DNA of 64,000 bases from Bacteroidales bacterium (GTDB taxonomy: Bacteria; Bacteroidota; Bacteroidia; Bacteroidales; B18-G4): assembly GCA_040775045.1 (NCBI GenBank), contig JAXGTH010000002.1, positions 2,445-66,444 on the forward strand. The letters run 5' to 3'. Position numbers and translations under genes: made by a program. Positions 18,554 to 28,414 of the stretch are shown piece by piece. The notes beneath the pieces are model-generated. The model saw only the letters and a list, made by a program, of their open reading frames with translations, was not told the DNA's origin and did no database searches. Each line of letters begins with the position of its first letter. Within the stretch, counting starts at the first letter, position 1.

Positions 18554-19863
18554 AACGCTTAATAATTTTATCGGGGATGATCATGGCACTGGGCGCATAC
18601 GGGCAGGTCCCGGATACGCTTAGCCTTGAATTGTGCCACGAAATGGCCGTTGCCGCTTATCCTGCCAGCGCACGTGCAGACCTTATCTCTGCAGCCAGTG
18701 ATATCCAGCAAAAGAAGCTGAATGCCAACTACCTCCCCCAGGTCCAGATCAACGGGCAGGCCAGCTACCAGTCGGATGTGACCAAGGTTGATGTAGAAAT
18801 ACCGCCATTTTACATCCCTCCCCCCATCGACCTGTCGGTGCAGCCCACACCGTTGAACACCCCCGTTCCATCAAAAGACCAGTATAAATTCACCATGGAT
18901 GTTTATCAGGTGATCTACGACGGTGGGGTTACCGGGAACCGGAAAAAGCTGGAAATGGCGGGTTATGCGATAGAGGAACAGAAAGTGGAGATCGAACTGC
19001 ATAAGCTCAGGGAGAACATCAATACGGTTTTTTTCAGCATCATCCTTATGCAGGAAAATGAAAAATTACTGAATGTCCTCCTGGATGAATTGAACAGCAA
19101 GCTTGAGGAGGTGGGATCGGCAGTTGAGCACGGGGTGGCCCTCAGTACCGACAGGGATGTGCTCAGGGCCGAGATCATCCGGGTGGAGCAGCAGCTGGAT
19201 GAAACCAGCATACAAAAACAGGCTTTTACCAGAATATTATCCCGGCTTATCTCTGTAGAATTGCCTTTTAATGTTATCCTTGAAATGCCGCGAACGGATA
19301 ATCCCCTGCCCGGTGCGGCTTCTGAAAGGCCTGAGCTGGCCATGTACGAAATACAAAAGAACATGCTTGAGTCGAGCAAAGACCTGGTCACCAGCAGCTG
19401 GATGCCGAAACTTTCGGGATTCGGCCAGCTGGGTTATGGCAATCCGGGACTCAACTTCCTGGAAGATAAATGGTCGCCTTTTTATATCGTTGGTGCAAAA
19501 TTGAACTGGCAGTTATGGAACTGGAACCAGAACAGAAAAGAAAAGCAGATACTGGGATTGAAGCAGGGCATGATCGACAGGGAAAGGGAGGCTTTCACTA
19601 TAAACCTCCAGATCGCCTTGGAGCAGCACCTTGCCGATATCCGGAAATATGAACAGTTGATCAGGAGTGATCACGAAGTGATAAAACTCAGGAGTGATAT
19701 AGCACGAACGGCCTCATCGCAATATGAAAATGGTGTGATCACCTCATCGGAATATGTGAGCAGGCTTAACGAGGAAGCACAGGCAAAACTGAACCTCGAG
19801 ATCCACAGGGTCAGGCTGGAGCAGGCAAGGATCGATTACCTTACAACTTTGGGAATATTATAA
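18550..19863 (+). CDS. TolC-family outer membrane efflux protein
   Basis: 437 aa with a signal peptide and two coiled-coil/beta repeats typical of OEP proteins. ATGA overlap with the TetR gene. Confidence 0.85.
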   Translation: MKRLIILSGMIMALGAYGQVPDTLSLELCHEMAVAAYPASARADLISAASDIQQKKLNANYLPQVQINGQASYQSDVTKVDVEIPPFYIPPPIDLSVQPTPLNTPVPSKDQYKFTMDVYQVIYDGGVTGNRKKLEMAGYAIEEQKVEIELHKLRENINTVFFSIILMQENEKLLNVLLDELNSKLEEVGSAVEHGVALSTDRDVLRAEIIRVEQQLDETSIQKQAFTRILSRLISVELPFNVILEMPRTDNPLPGAASERPELAMYEIQKNMLESSKDLVTSSWMPKLSGFGQLGYGNPGLNFLEDKWSPFYIVGAKLNWQLWNWNQNRKEKQILGLKQGMIDREREAFTINLQIALEQHLADIRKYEQLIRSDHEVIKLRSDIARTASSQYENGVITSSEYVSRLNEEAQAKLNLEIHRVRLEQARIDYLTTLGIL

Positions 19864-20753
19864 TGCAATATAACATGAAAAACCACATTTTGGTCATCAT
19901 GCTTGCTGTCATTCTGGCGGCATGCAGTAACGGCAACGACAGGTCCGATGCCTACGGAAATTTTGAAGCCACGGAGGTGATGGTTTCTGCCCTGGCTCAG
20001 GGCGAGATCTTTTCCCTTGTCCCGGAGGAAGGGCAGGTGGTCGACAGTGGCGTCATTGTCGGGCTTATCGACACTACTGAACTCTTCCTCAAAAAGCAGC
20101 AACTTGTGAAGAGCATTTCGGCTGTCAGGACCCGCCTGGTAACCATCAGCGCCCAGATCGATGTGCAGCAGCAGCAGAAAGAAAACCTCCTTATCGACAA
20201 GGCCAGGCTGGAGAAGCTGTATCGCGACGGTGCTGCCACCCGCAAGCAGATGGATGACATCAATGGGGCACTCGACCTGCTGGAAGCGCAAATCGGGGCC
20301 ACAAGTTCGCAAAAGCAGCAGGTGGAAGCCGAGATAGCAGCGATGGGTGTGCAGATCCGGCAGGTAGAAGAGGCATTGTCGAAATGTTATGTCAGCAACC
20401 CGGTTGCGGGGACTGTGCTGGTTAAGTACGCCGAAGCGGGCGAAGTGGCTGTTCCAGGCAAACCCTTGTACAAACTTGCCGATCTCAGAACGATGAAACT
20501 GAAGGTGTACGTTAGTGGCGACCAGTTGCCGCATATAAGGCTGGGCCAGGAAGTGGAGGTGCAGATCGACAGGAATAAAAAGGAAAATGAGCGCCTGACC
20601 GGGACCATTTGCTGGATATCGTCAACTGCCGAATTCACCCCCAAAACCATCCAGACGAAAGAAGAACGTGTTAACCTTGTCTATGCCGTAAAAGTGCGTG
20701 TTGAAAATGACGGTTCCATCAAGATCGGCATGCCCGGAGAGATAAATTTCTAA
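19863..20753 (+). CDS. HlyD-family membrane fusion protein (YbhG-like)
   Basis: Lipoprotein-like N-terminus ('LAACSNG'), a long coiled coil, and a C-terminal 'FTPKTIQTKEERVNLVYAVKV' block typical of YbhG-type adaptors. TAATG overlap with the TolC gene. Confidence 0.85.
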   Translation: MQYNMKNHILVIMLAVILAACSNGNDRSDAYGNFEATEVMVSALAQGEIFSLVPEEGQVVDSGVIVGLIDTTELFLKKQQLVKSISAVRTRLVTISAQIDVQQQQKENLLIDKARLEKLYRDGAATRKQMDDINGALDLLEAQIGATSSQKQQVEAEIAAMGVQIRQVEEALSKCYVSNPVAGTVLVKYAEAGEVAVPGKPLYKLADLRTMKLKVYVSGDQLPHIRLGQEVEVQIDRNKKENERLTGTICWISSTAEFTPKTIQTKEERVNLVYAVKVRVENDGSIKIGMPGEINF

Positions 20754-20796
20754 ATTTAATCCCCACATAAATCATCCATTAACCAACACTACGAAC

Positions 20797-21255
20797 ATGA
20801 AAAGAATGATCAGAAACCTGTTATTGCTTTCAGCGGCCATGATGTTTGCCGCTTCCAACCTGTCAGCCCAGGAATTCGCAAAGGACGATATCCTCGGGAT
20901 ATGGCTCAACGAAGATGAGGACGCCCATATCGAGGTTTACAAGGAGGGCGACCTTTATTTCGGCAAGATCATCTGGCTGAAATTCCCCATTGATGAAGAA
21001 ACCGGGCAACCGAAACTCGACAAGCACAATCCCGATCCGGAGTTGCAGACCCGTCCCTCACTGGGGATTAAGCTGCTCACCGATTTTGAATGGGACGGTG
21101 ACAATGAATGGGACGAGGGCGATATTTATGACCCCAAGAGCGGTAAGACTTACAGTTGCTACATCATCATGGAGGACTTCAACAGGCTTAAGATCAGGGG
21201 ATACATCGGGATCTCGCTCATCGGCCGCACCACCTACTGGACCCGGGTGGAATAA
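20797..21255 (+). CDS. DUF2147 domain protein (secreted)
   Basis: Signal peptide plus 'GIWLNEDEDAHIEVYKEGDLYFGKIIWL' and 'GDIYDPKSGKTYSCYI...LKIRGY', characteristic of DUF2147. Confidence 0.75.
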   Translation: MKRMIRNLLLLSAAMMFAASNLSAQEFAKDDILGIWLNEDEDAHIEVYKEGDLYFGKIIWLKFPIDEETGQPKLDKHNPDPELQTRPSLGIKLLTDFEWDGDNEWDEGDIYDPKSGKTYSCYIIMEDFNRLKIRGYIGISLIGRTTYWTRVE

Positions 21256-21335
21256 TGTGGCGAAACCACTGATCAAGCATACAGAAACAAGTATCTAGAA
21301 GCCAGGATCTAGTATCCAGAAACCAGTACCAAGCA

Positions 21336-22268
21336 TTGAACCAACCATCAATCATCGTCGAGAACCTCTACAGGTCGTATAACAGGGTACAGGCCCTCAG
21401 CGATATTTCCTTTTCGGTAAATAAAGGGGAGATCTTTGGCTGCATTGGTCCCGATGGTGCCGGTAAAACCTCGCTAATCAGGATCCTGGTTACATTGCTG
21501 CTGCCCGACAGCGGGCAGGCAACGGTTGAAGGGTATGATGTTGTGAAGGACTACCGGAAGATCAGGAAAATTGCAGGTTATATGCCTGGAAGGTTTTCGC
21601 TGTACCAGGACCTCTCGGTGGAGGAAAACCTTAAATTCTTTGCCAGCAGTTTCAAAACCACGGTCAGGGAAAACTACTACCTGATCGAGGATATTTACAG
21701 GCAAATAGAACCTTTCCGCAACAGGCTTGCCGGCCGGCTGAGCGGGGGAATGAAGCAAAAGCTGGCCCTGTCCTGTGCCCTGGTGCACAAGCCGGAAGTC
21801 CTGTTCCTCGACGAACCGACCACGGGTGTGGATGCCGTTTCAAGAAAGGAATTCTGGGAAATGCTGAAACGGCTGAAAGGCTGGGGGATCACCATCCTGG
21901 TCTCAACCCCGTACATGGATGAGGCGGCATTGTGCGACAGGGTAGCATTGATGCAGGGAGGGCATATCCTGATCATCGACACCCCGGATGAGATCGTCAA
22001 TTCCTATCAAAGGAGTCTTGTAGAGGTAAGGACCGACAATATGTTTACCCTTGTTGGCGACCTGCAGCAGATTGAGGACTGCCATACCGCTTACCGATTT
22101 GGCTCAGGGATCCATTATACGGCCAGGTCCGGGGAGGTCGACACTGATGACCTGGAAAAGTATCTCGCCCTTAAAGGCCATGGCGATATACAGATCGGGA
22201 GGATCAGCCCGGGGATCGAAGACTGTTTCATGGAACTGATGAAAACCGAACAGCATGCAGGTGAATGA
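21336..22268 (+). CDS. ABC transporter ATP-binding protein (YbhF N-half-like)
   Basis: Walker A 'GPDGAGKTS', signature 'LSGGMKQKL' and Walker B 'VLFLDEPTTGVD'. TTG start at 21336 with no nearby in-frame ATG. Confidence 0.9.
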   Translation: MNQPSIIVENLYRSYNRVQALSDISFSVNKGEIFGCIGPDGAGKTSLIRILVTLLLPDSGQATVEGYDVVKDYRKIRKIAGYMPGRFSLYQDLSVEENLKFFASSFKTTVRENYYLIEDIYRQIEPFRNRLAGRLSGGMKQKLALSCALVHKPEVLFLDEPTTGVDAVSRKEFWEMLKRLKGWGITILVSTPYMDEAALCDRVALMQGGHILIIDTPDEIVNSYQRSLVEVRTDNMFTLVGDLQQIEDCHTAYRFGSGIHYTARSGEVDTDDLEKYLALKGHGDIQIGRISPGIEDCFMELMKTEQHAGE

Positions 22269-22998
22269 ACATATCATTGAGGTTGAACACCTGACCAAAA
22301 AGTTTGGCAGTTTTACGGCCAACGACGATCTCAGCTTTTTTGTGAGAAAGGGAGAAGTGTTCGGATTCCTGGGTGCCAACGGTGCCGGAAAGACAACAGC
22401 CATGCGTATCCTCTGCGGGTTGCTGCAACCTACATCGGGGAAGATCAGGGTGGCTGGCTATGATATCTACCGGCAATCGGATAAGGTGAAGAGGAACATC
22501 GGCTATATGAGCCAGAAATTCAGCCTCTATGAAGATATGACCGTAAAGGAGAACTTCCGTTTTTACGGGGGCATTTATGGCATGAAACCTAAGGATGTGC
22601 GTCACAGGACCGCGCACTACCTGCAGAAACTGGGCCTGGCCAATGAGAAAAATACGGTGATCAGGTCGCTGCCACTGGGATGGAAACAAAAACTTGCCTT
22701 TTCAGTGGCCATCATGCATGAACCCGCGATCATCTTTCTCGACGAGCCCACCGGAGGAGTCGACCCCATTACCCGGCGGCAATTCTGGGAAATGATCTAT
22801 GAAGCGGCAGCATCAGGCATTACCGTGTTCGTGACCACCCATTATATGGATGAGGCGGAATACTGCCAGCGGGTTTCCATCATGGTCGACGGCAGGATCG
22901 AAGCCCTCGACACGCCCGAAAACCTTAAGCGGAAGTATAACGGCAGGAACATGGAAGAGGTATTTGTGAAACTGGCCAGGAAGGGGGGACAAAATTGA
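22255..22998 (+). CDS. ABC transporter ATP-binding protein (YbhF C-half-like)
   Basis: Walker A 'GANGAGKTT', degenerate signature 'LPLGWKQKL' and Walker B 'IIFLDEPTGGVD'. 14-nt overlap with the previous ATPase gene. Confidence 0.9.
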   Translation: MQVNEHIIEVEHLTKKFGSFTANDDLSFFVRKGEVFGFLGANGAGKTTAMRILCGLLQPTSGKIRVAGYDIYRQSDKVKRNIGYMSQKFSLYEDMTVKENFRFYGGIYGMKPKDVRHRTAHYLQKLGLANEKNTVIRSLPLGWKQKLAFSVAIMHEPAIIFLDEPTGGVDPITRRQFWEMIYEAAASGITVFVTTHYMDEAEYCQRVSIMVDGRIEALDTPENLKRKYNGRNMEEVFVKLARKGGQN

Positions 22999-23081
22999 AA
23001 AACGGGTATTAAGTATTAGGTACCAGGTATTACGAAACAGGTACATCGTAATGCTTAAATTAATCTTAAATGCTTAATACT

Positions 23082-23438
23082 ATGCACAGATTCAAGGAAT
23101 TAGATGTTTGGAAAATATCAGTTGAAATGGTTGAAGAAGTATATAAGGTCACGTCTAGCTTTCCCGGGCATGAAATGTTCGGGATCGTTAACCAAATCCG
23201 ACGATCCGCTGTTTCTATTCCTTCAAACATTGCTGAAGGAGCGGGGAAAAGGACAAACAGTGACTTTGTTAGATTTATTGCCATTGCTTCCGGTTCGTGT
23301 AATGAACTGGAAACCCAATTGGTAATTTCGAGAAACCTGAAGTATTTGTCAGAGGCTGACTTTAAAAGAATAGAGGGAAAAATTGCAAAGATCCAGAATA
23401 TGCTTTTTGGCTTGCAAAGATCACTTCGTAATACATAA
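23082..23438 (+). CDS. Four-helix-bundle protein (23S rRNA intervening-sequence protein / Avd family)
   Basis: 'FKELDVWKISVEMV', 'NQIRRSAVSIPSNIAEG' and 'ASGSCNELETQL' are the family hallmark blocks. An alternative ATG lies at 23070. The gene is markedly AT-rich relative to its flanks. Confidence 0.8.
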   Translation: MHRFKELDVWKISVEMVEEVYKVTSSFPGHEMFGIVNQIRRSAVSIPSNIAEGAGKRTNSDFVRFIAIASGSCNELETQLVISRNLKYLSEADFKRIEGKIAKIQNMLFGLQRSLRNT

Positions 23439-23462
23439 TACCTGATACCTGATACGTCGAGC

Positions 23463-24560
23463 ATGCGAGGCTTCATCATAAAAGAATTCTTCCACATCTT
23501 CCGGGATGTGCGGTCGATGCTGGTCCTGTTCGGGATGCCCGTGGTGCAGGTGCTGGTTTTCGGCTTCGCCATCACCAACGAGATCAAGGATGCCAGGATC
23601 GCCATACTCGATCATTCGAAGGATCATATGAGCCTCGAGCTGAGCAACAAGATCATCTCATCCGATTATTTCATCCTGGATGAGAACCTTAGCGATGAAG
23701 CGCAGATCGAACAGGCCTTCAGGGCCGGCACGGTGAAGGAGGTAGTGATCTTCGGGGATGATTTTGCAAGGAATTTTGAGAAGGACAGGCATGCATCCAT
23801 CCATGTGATCGCCGATGCTTCAGACCCGAACACTGCAAACCTGCTGGTGAATTACACTTCGGGGATCATCCGGAACTATATGCTTGAAAAACTGGGAGAC
23901 CAGGGATTGCCCATAGAGATCGAAACCGAATACAAAATGCTTTTCAACCAGGAACTGAAAAGTGTTTTCATGTTTGTCCCCGGCACCATTACCATCCTGC
24001 TGATGCTGATATCGGCCATGATGACCTCCAGTTCCATTGCAAGGGAAAAAGAACTGGGAACGATGGAGGTGCTGCTGGTATCTCCCCTTAAACCCTTTCA
24101 GATCGTGGTCGGGAAGGTGGTCCCCTATGTGGTGCTGTCGTTCATCAATGCACTGACCATTCTGCTGCTTTCTTTCTTTGTTTTCGGCATGCCAGTGCAG
24201 GGCAGCGTGGTTCTCCTGCTGGCCGAAAGCCTGCTGTTCATCCTGATGGCCCTTTCGCTGGGCATCTTCATTTCAACGGTCAGCCGCACACAGCAAACGG
24301 CCATGATGCTGTCGATGTTCGCCCTCATGTTGCCCACCATCCTGCTTTCGGGGTTTATCTTTCCCATAGAGAACATGCCCGTCCTGTTGCAATGGCTCAG
24401 CCATGCCATGCCTTCCAAGTGGTTTATCATCATCGTTAAGGATATCATGCTGAAAGGGGTCGGGTTTGTCCATGTATGGGAGGAAACCCTCATCATCCTG
24501 GGGATGACCTTGCTATTCATAATGTTAAGTGTCAGAAAGTTCAAGATACGGCTGGAATAA
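23463..24560 (+). CDS. ABC-2 type transporter permease (YbhS/YbhR-like)
   Basis: 365 aa with one N-terminal TM, a large periplasmic loop and five C-terminal TMs. 'REKELGTMEVLLVSPL' is the ABC-2 hallmark. Confidence 0.85.
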   Translation: MRGFIIKEFFHIFRDVRSMLVLFGMPVVQVLVFGFAITNEIKDARIAILDHSKDHMSLELSNKIISSDYFILDENLSDEAQIEQAFRAGTVKEVVIFGDDFARNFEKDRHASIHVIADASDPNTANLLVNYTSGIIRNYMLEKLGDQGLPIEIETEYKMLFNQELKSVFMFVPGTITILLMLISAMMTSSSIAREKELGTMEVLLVSPLKPFQIVVGKVVPYVVLSFINALTILLLSFFVFGMPVQGSVVLLLAESLLFILMALSLGIFISTVSRTQQTAMMLSMFALMLPTILLSGFIFPIENMPVLLQWLSHAMPSKWFIIIVKDIMLKGVGFVHVWEETLIILGMTLLFIMLSVRKFKIRLE

Positions 24561-24563
24561 TCA

Positions 24564-25676
24564 ATGAGAACGATATTGTACATACTACAGAAGGAGTTTA
24601 TCCAGGTGATCAGGGACAGGACCATGTTGCCCATCATTTTTATCGTTCCTATCCTTCAGCTCCTTGTGTTGTCGTATACCGCCACCTTTGAGATCAGGAA
24701 TGTGAACCTGGTGGTGGTCGACCACGACGGCAGCCCGGCAAGCCGCGACCTTACGGCTAAATTCGAGGGCTCACCCTTTTTTACCATCATGGGTAGGGCC
24801 GAAACCTATGCCATGGCTGAAGAAGCGCTGATCAACAACAGGGCCGATCAGGTACTGCAGATCCCAAAAGGTTTTGAGAAAGAGATCATTAAGGACCGTA
24901 AGGCCAGCCTGATGGTGACCACCAATGCCATAAACGGGAGTGCCGCCAGCCTGATGAATGCATACGCGCTGAACATCATCAAGGATTACAACAGCAATGT
25001 CATCGTGGAGCAAATGGGCCTTAAGGCTCCCCCCGACCCGATCAGCATCAGCAGTGCCTACTGGTACAATCCCGAGCTGGACTATTTCACCTATATGGTG
25101 CCGGGCATCCTGGTCCTGCTGGTCACCGTGATCAGTGCCTTTCTTTCAGCCATGAACATTGTCAGGGAAAAGGAGATCGGCACCATCGAACAGATAAATG
25201 TCACCCCCATCAGGAAATACCAGTTCATCCTTGGCAAGCTGATCCCCTTCTGGTTCATTGCCATGTTTGAGCTGGCTTTCGGGCTCATCCTGGCAAAGCT
25301 GGTCTTCGACATTCCCATCGTCGGGAGCCTGGGACTGGTTTTTTTCATGGCAGGTATCTACCTCTTTGTCGCCCTCGGCATGGGATTGCTCATCTCCACA
25401 GTATCGAACACCCAGCAGCAGGCCATGTTCCTCACATGGTTCCTCATGGTGATCTTTATCCTCATGAGCGGCCTTTTCACACCGGTGCAGAGTATGCCCG
25501 AATGGGCCCAGTGGATGAACAAGGCCAATCCCATTGCCTATTTCATCGATGTGATGAGGATGGTTTTGCTCAAAGGCTCTGCGTTTGGTGATATTATCAG
25601 CCAGTTCATTGCTTTGATGGTCCTTGCCCTGATACTGAACACCCTGGCCGTGTGGAGGTACCGGAAAGTGGCCTGA
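24564..25676 (+). CDS. ABC-2 type transporter permease (YbhS/YbhR-like)
   Basis: Paralog of the preceding gene, with 'REKEIGTIEQINVTPI' and the same topology. Confidence 0.85.
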   Translation: MRTILYILQKEFIQVIRDRTMLPIIFIVPILQLLVLSYTATFEIRNVNLVVVDHDGSPASRDLTAKFEGSPFFTIMGRAETYAMAEEALINNRADQVLQIPKGFEKEIIKDRKASLMVTTNAINGSAASLMNAYALNIIKDYNSNVIVEQMGLKAPPDPISISSAYWYNPELDYFTYMVPGILVLLVTVISAFLSAMNIVREKEIGTIEQINVTPIRKYQFILGKLIPFWFIAMFELAFGLILAKLVFDIPIVGSLGLVFFMAGIYLFVALGMGLLISTVSNTQQQAMFLTWFLMVIFILMSGLFTPVQSMPEWAQWMNKANPIAYFIDVMRMVLLKGSAFGDIISQFIALMVLALILNTLAVWRYRKVA

Positions 25677-26006
25677 TGAAGCATTTCATCTACACATCTC
25701 CACCCCGTAATCCCTGCTCCGGGCTAAAATATTAACAAAGCCATAGCGGTATGTACCGGCCACGGAACGATGCCGGTACCCAATTGAACACTTTGTCAGA
25801 TTAATTTGTTTTAATTGCCTGATTGATAATTTATAACAGCCATGGTCTTCAGGTCCTGGAATGTGGAAAACATCATTGCACCAGCATTTTTTTCATGCTG
25901 CTGCAGCCGGCTGATGGTTGGGACTGCCCACGATCAGTTGATAATTTTTGTTTCTCCTATCAGTTAATAATTATTATTTTGGAGTACCGAACAGAACATT
26001 TTTGTT

Positions 26007-27467
26007 TTGAGGAGACGTAACATAAAAAGTTTTTTGCTGATCTTGCTGGCAGGAATGGTGATCGTGCTGACCTCCTGTCTCGAAGGCAATAACAGGAAGA
26101 TCGACAACATTCTCAAATCAAGGAAATCTGCCGCGCTGGATAACAGCCTGCAGCGTATCCTTGAGCGCGATACCCTTATTGCACTCACCGATTATAATTC
26201 CACAAATTATTTCATCTACAGGGGCGAACCCATGGGGTATCAGTTCGAGATGCTCAGGCAGTTTTCGGAATACCTGGACGTGAACCTGAGGCTTGTGATC
26301 AGCAATGATATGCAGAAGGCTTTCACAATGCTGAATGAGGGGGAGGTGGACCTGATCGCCATGGGGCTGACGGTGACGCAGGACAGGCAGAAGCTGGTCG
26401 ATTTCACCATTCCGCAGATACAGACCCGGCAGGTGTTGGTGCAGCGTAAACCCGATAACTGGCGCAGGATGCGCACCTGGGATGAGATCGAAGAACAGCT
26501 GATCAGGAATCCCCTCGACCTTGCAGGAAAGACCATACATGTGCAAAAGGGGACCGTTTTCGCTGATCGCCTGGCCATCCTGGCCAACGAGATCGGTGAT
26601 TCGATCCATATCATTGTCGATCCCGACAGGGAAGTTGAGCAACTGATTACGGCGGTGGCCGGTGGAGAAATCGATTTTACCGTTTCAGATGAGCACATCG
26701 CCAAGGTCAACCAGAAGTATTATCCCAACCTTGATGTGAGCACGGCACTGAGTTTTCCCCAGCATGTGGCATGGGCCGTGTCGAAGGGCAGCGACAGCCT
26801 CAGGTTCAGTATCGATGAATGGATCAGGGATTACAAGAGAAGCGTTGCATCGCGCTACACCTATAACAAGTACTTCAACAACCCGCGGTCAGTCAACATT
26901 GCACAAAGCGAATATCATTCCATCGGAGGAGGGAAGATCTCACAGTACGACGATATTATCAGGGAAGTGAGCAATCATTACGGCCTCGACTGGCGGCTGG
27001 TGGCTTCACTGATCTACCAGGAATCGCGGTTCCATCCCGAGGTGACCAGCTGGGTGGGGGCTTTCGGCCTGATGCAGCTGATGCCTTCCACCGCTGAGAT
27101 CTACGGTGTGGATACTGCCTCCCCGCCTGCCGACCAGATCAGGGCAGGGATACAGTTCCTGCAGTGGCTCGACAGCCAGCTGCCTCCCGAGATCGAAGAT
27201 CCGGAAGAGCGGACCAGGTTCGTGCTGGCCGCCTACAATGTCGGGATCGCTCATATCTACGATGCACGCCGGCTCGCCGAAAAACATGGCAGGGATCCCA
27301 ATACCTGGACCGACAATGTCGACTACTTCATCCTGAACAAGTCAAATCCTGCCTATTACCGCGATTCGGTGGTGAAATACGGCTACGCCAGGGGCGAGGA
27401 GACCTATTACTTTGTAGAGGAGATCTTCGAAAGGTACGAGCATTATAAAAAGGTTATCGAAAACTGA
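26007..27467 (+). CDS. mltF: Membrane-bound lytic murein transglycosylase F-like (solute-binding domain + SLT domain)
   Basis: Lipoprotein signal 'LLAGMVIVLTSC' (requires the TTG start at 26007), an SBP_bac_3-like N-domain and the SLT motif 'IYQESRFHPEVTSWVGAFGLMQLMPSTA'. Confidence 0.8.
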   Translation: MRRRNIKSFLLILLAGMVIVLTSCLEGNNRKIDNILKSRKSAALDNSLQRILERDTLIALTDYNSTNYFIYRGEPMGYQFEMLRQFSEYLDVNLRLVISNDMQKAFTMLNEGEVDLIAMGLTVTQDRQKLVDFTIPQIQTRQVLVQRKPDNWRRMRTWDEIEEQLIRNPLDLAGKTIHVQKGTVFADRLAILANEIGDSIHIIVDPDREVEQLITAVAGGEIDFTVSDEHIAKVNQKYYPNLDVSTALSFPQHVAWAVSKGSDSLRFSIDEWIRDYKRSVASRYTYNKYFNNPRSVNIAQSEYHSIGGGKISQYDDIIREVSNHYGLDWRLVASLIYQESRFHPEVTSWVGAFGLMQLMPSTAEIYGVDTASPPADQIRAGIQFLQWLDSQLPPEIEDPEERTRFVLAAYNVGIAHIYDARRLAEKHGRDPNTWTDNVDYFILNKSNPAYYRDSVVKYGYARGEETYYFVEEIFERYEHYKKVIEN

Positions 27468-27513
27468 TCCGGACCCATCCCGGCATAAAAGGATCGACCT
27501 TACCTGGCTTTCA

Positions 27514-27954
27514 TCATCCCTGCGATTGCTCCAGTTCCATCTCAAAGTGTTCTATGTCGGCTTCGGTAAACTGTTCCCCCACAGTCACAAAACCGTACCT
27601 CTCGTAAAAAGGGATGGCCTTGAGCTGCGAATGCAGGTAGATGGGCTTATTAAAAGGCAAAAGGTCGTTCAGGATATCCTCGAGGAGGATGGCCCCGAGG
27701 CCCTTGTTGCGATGGCTGGACAGTGTGGCAAACCTTTCAAGCTTGATGCCCTTGTCCGTTTCCCGCCACCGGGCCGTGGTCACCGGGATTCCCCCGACCG
27801 AAAGCAGGTAATGGACCGAGGAGGCTTCATGCTCATCATATTCCAGTGCAGGATCAACGTGTTGTTCCTCCACAAAAACCTTACGCCGGATACGGTTTGC
27901 CTGTTCTTCCAGGTCGGGTCGCTCACCGATCATAAATGAAACGATCTCGATCAT
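27514..27954 (-). CDS. GNAT family N-acetyltransferase
   Basis: 146 aa with the acetyl-CoA binding block 'HRNKGLGAILLE' and 'FYERYGF'. Confidence 0.8.
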   Translation of the reverse strand: MIEIVSFMIGERPDLEEQANRIRRKVFVEEQHVDPALEYDEHEASSVHYLLSVGGIPVTTARWRETDKGIKLERFATLSSHRNKGLGAILLEDILNDLLPFNKPIYLHSQLKAIPFYERYGFVTVGEQFTEADIEHFEMELEQSQG

Positions 27955-28076
27955 GAAACAAATTTAATTCAAAACTAAGAAATTATAATTCAAAATCATT
28001 CATGGTGTAACCTGGCGGAAATTGTTGCGTCAAAGATTCAGCAAACCGGATTTTTTAACCATTAATAATTGAAAAA

Positions 28077-28406
28077 ATGATCGAATTAACTCCAGTACTT
28101 GTCCTGCTCGTCATCTTCGGATTCATCTATGGCATCGTTTACCTGGGCATACGCAAGAAAGAACGCATGGCCCTGCTCGAAAAGGGTGCCGATCCCTCGG
28201 TATTTCACGACCTGAAACCCGGCATGGCCGGTATCCGTTACGGGCTGCTGCTGATCGGCGTGGCAGTGGGTATCCTCATCGGGAATATCCTTGATGCCAC
28301 CACCGTGCTTGAGGAAGAAGTATCATACTTTTCCATGATCTTCTTTTTCGGGGGGATTGCGCTGGTGATCAGCTATTTCCTTGAAAAACGCCAGGCAAAG
28401 AAATAG
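28077..28406 (+). CDS. Small membrane protein, hypothetical
   Basis: 109 aa with three hydrophobic helices and a basic C-terminus. No family assigned. Confidence 0.5.
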   Translation: MIELTPVLVLLVIFGFIYGIVYLGIRKKERMALLEKGADPSVFHDLKPGMAGIRYGLLLIGVAVGILIGNILDATTVLEEEVSYFSMIFFFGGIALVISYFLEKRQAKK

Positions 28407-28414
28407 TAAGCCCA

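Noticed and set aside
23082-23438. Four-helix-bundle (Avd-family) gene as a marker of a diversity-generating retroelement
   Set aside because: No reverse transcriptase gene and no template/variable repeat pair is visible within the window, so it is treated as a solitary cassette.
25753-25779. GC-rich hairpin (gtaccggc / gccggtac, 11-nt loop) downstream of the ABC-2 permease operon
   Set aside because: It could be a terminator, but no U-tract follows on either strand, so it is not called.
25823-26020. 65-aa ORF in the 330-bp spacer upstream of the MltF gene
   Set aside because: It has no motif, an odd Cys/Phe-rich composition and an overlap with the MltF signal-peptide start. It is probably non-coding.
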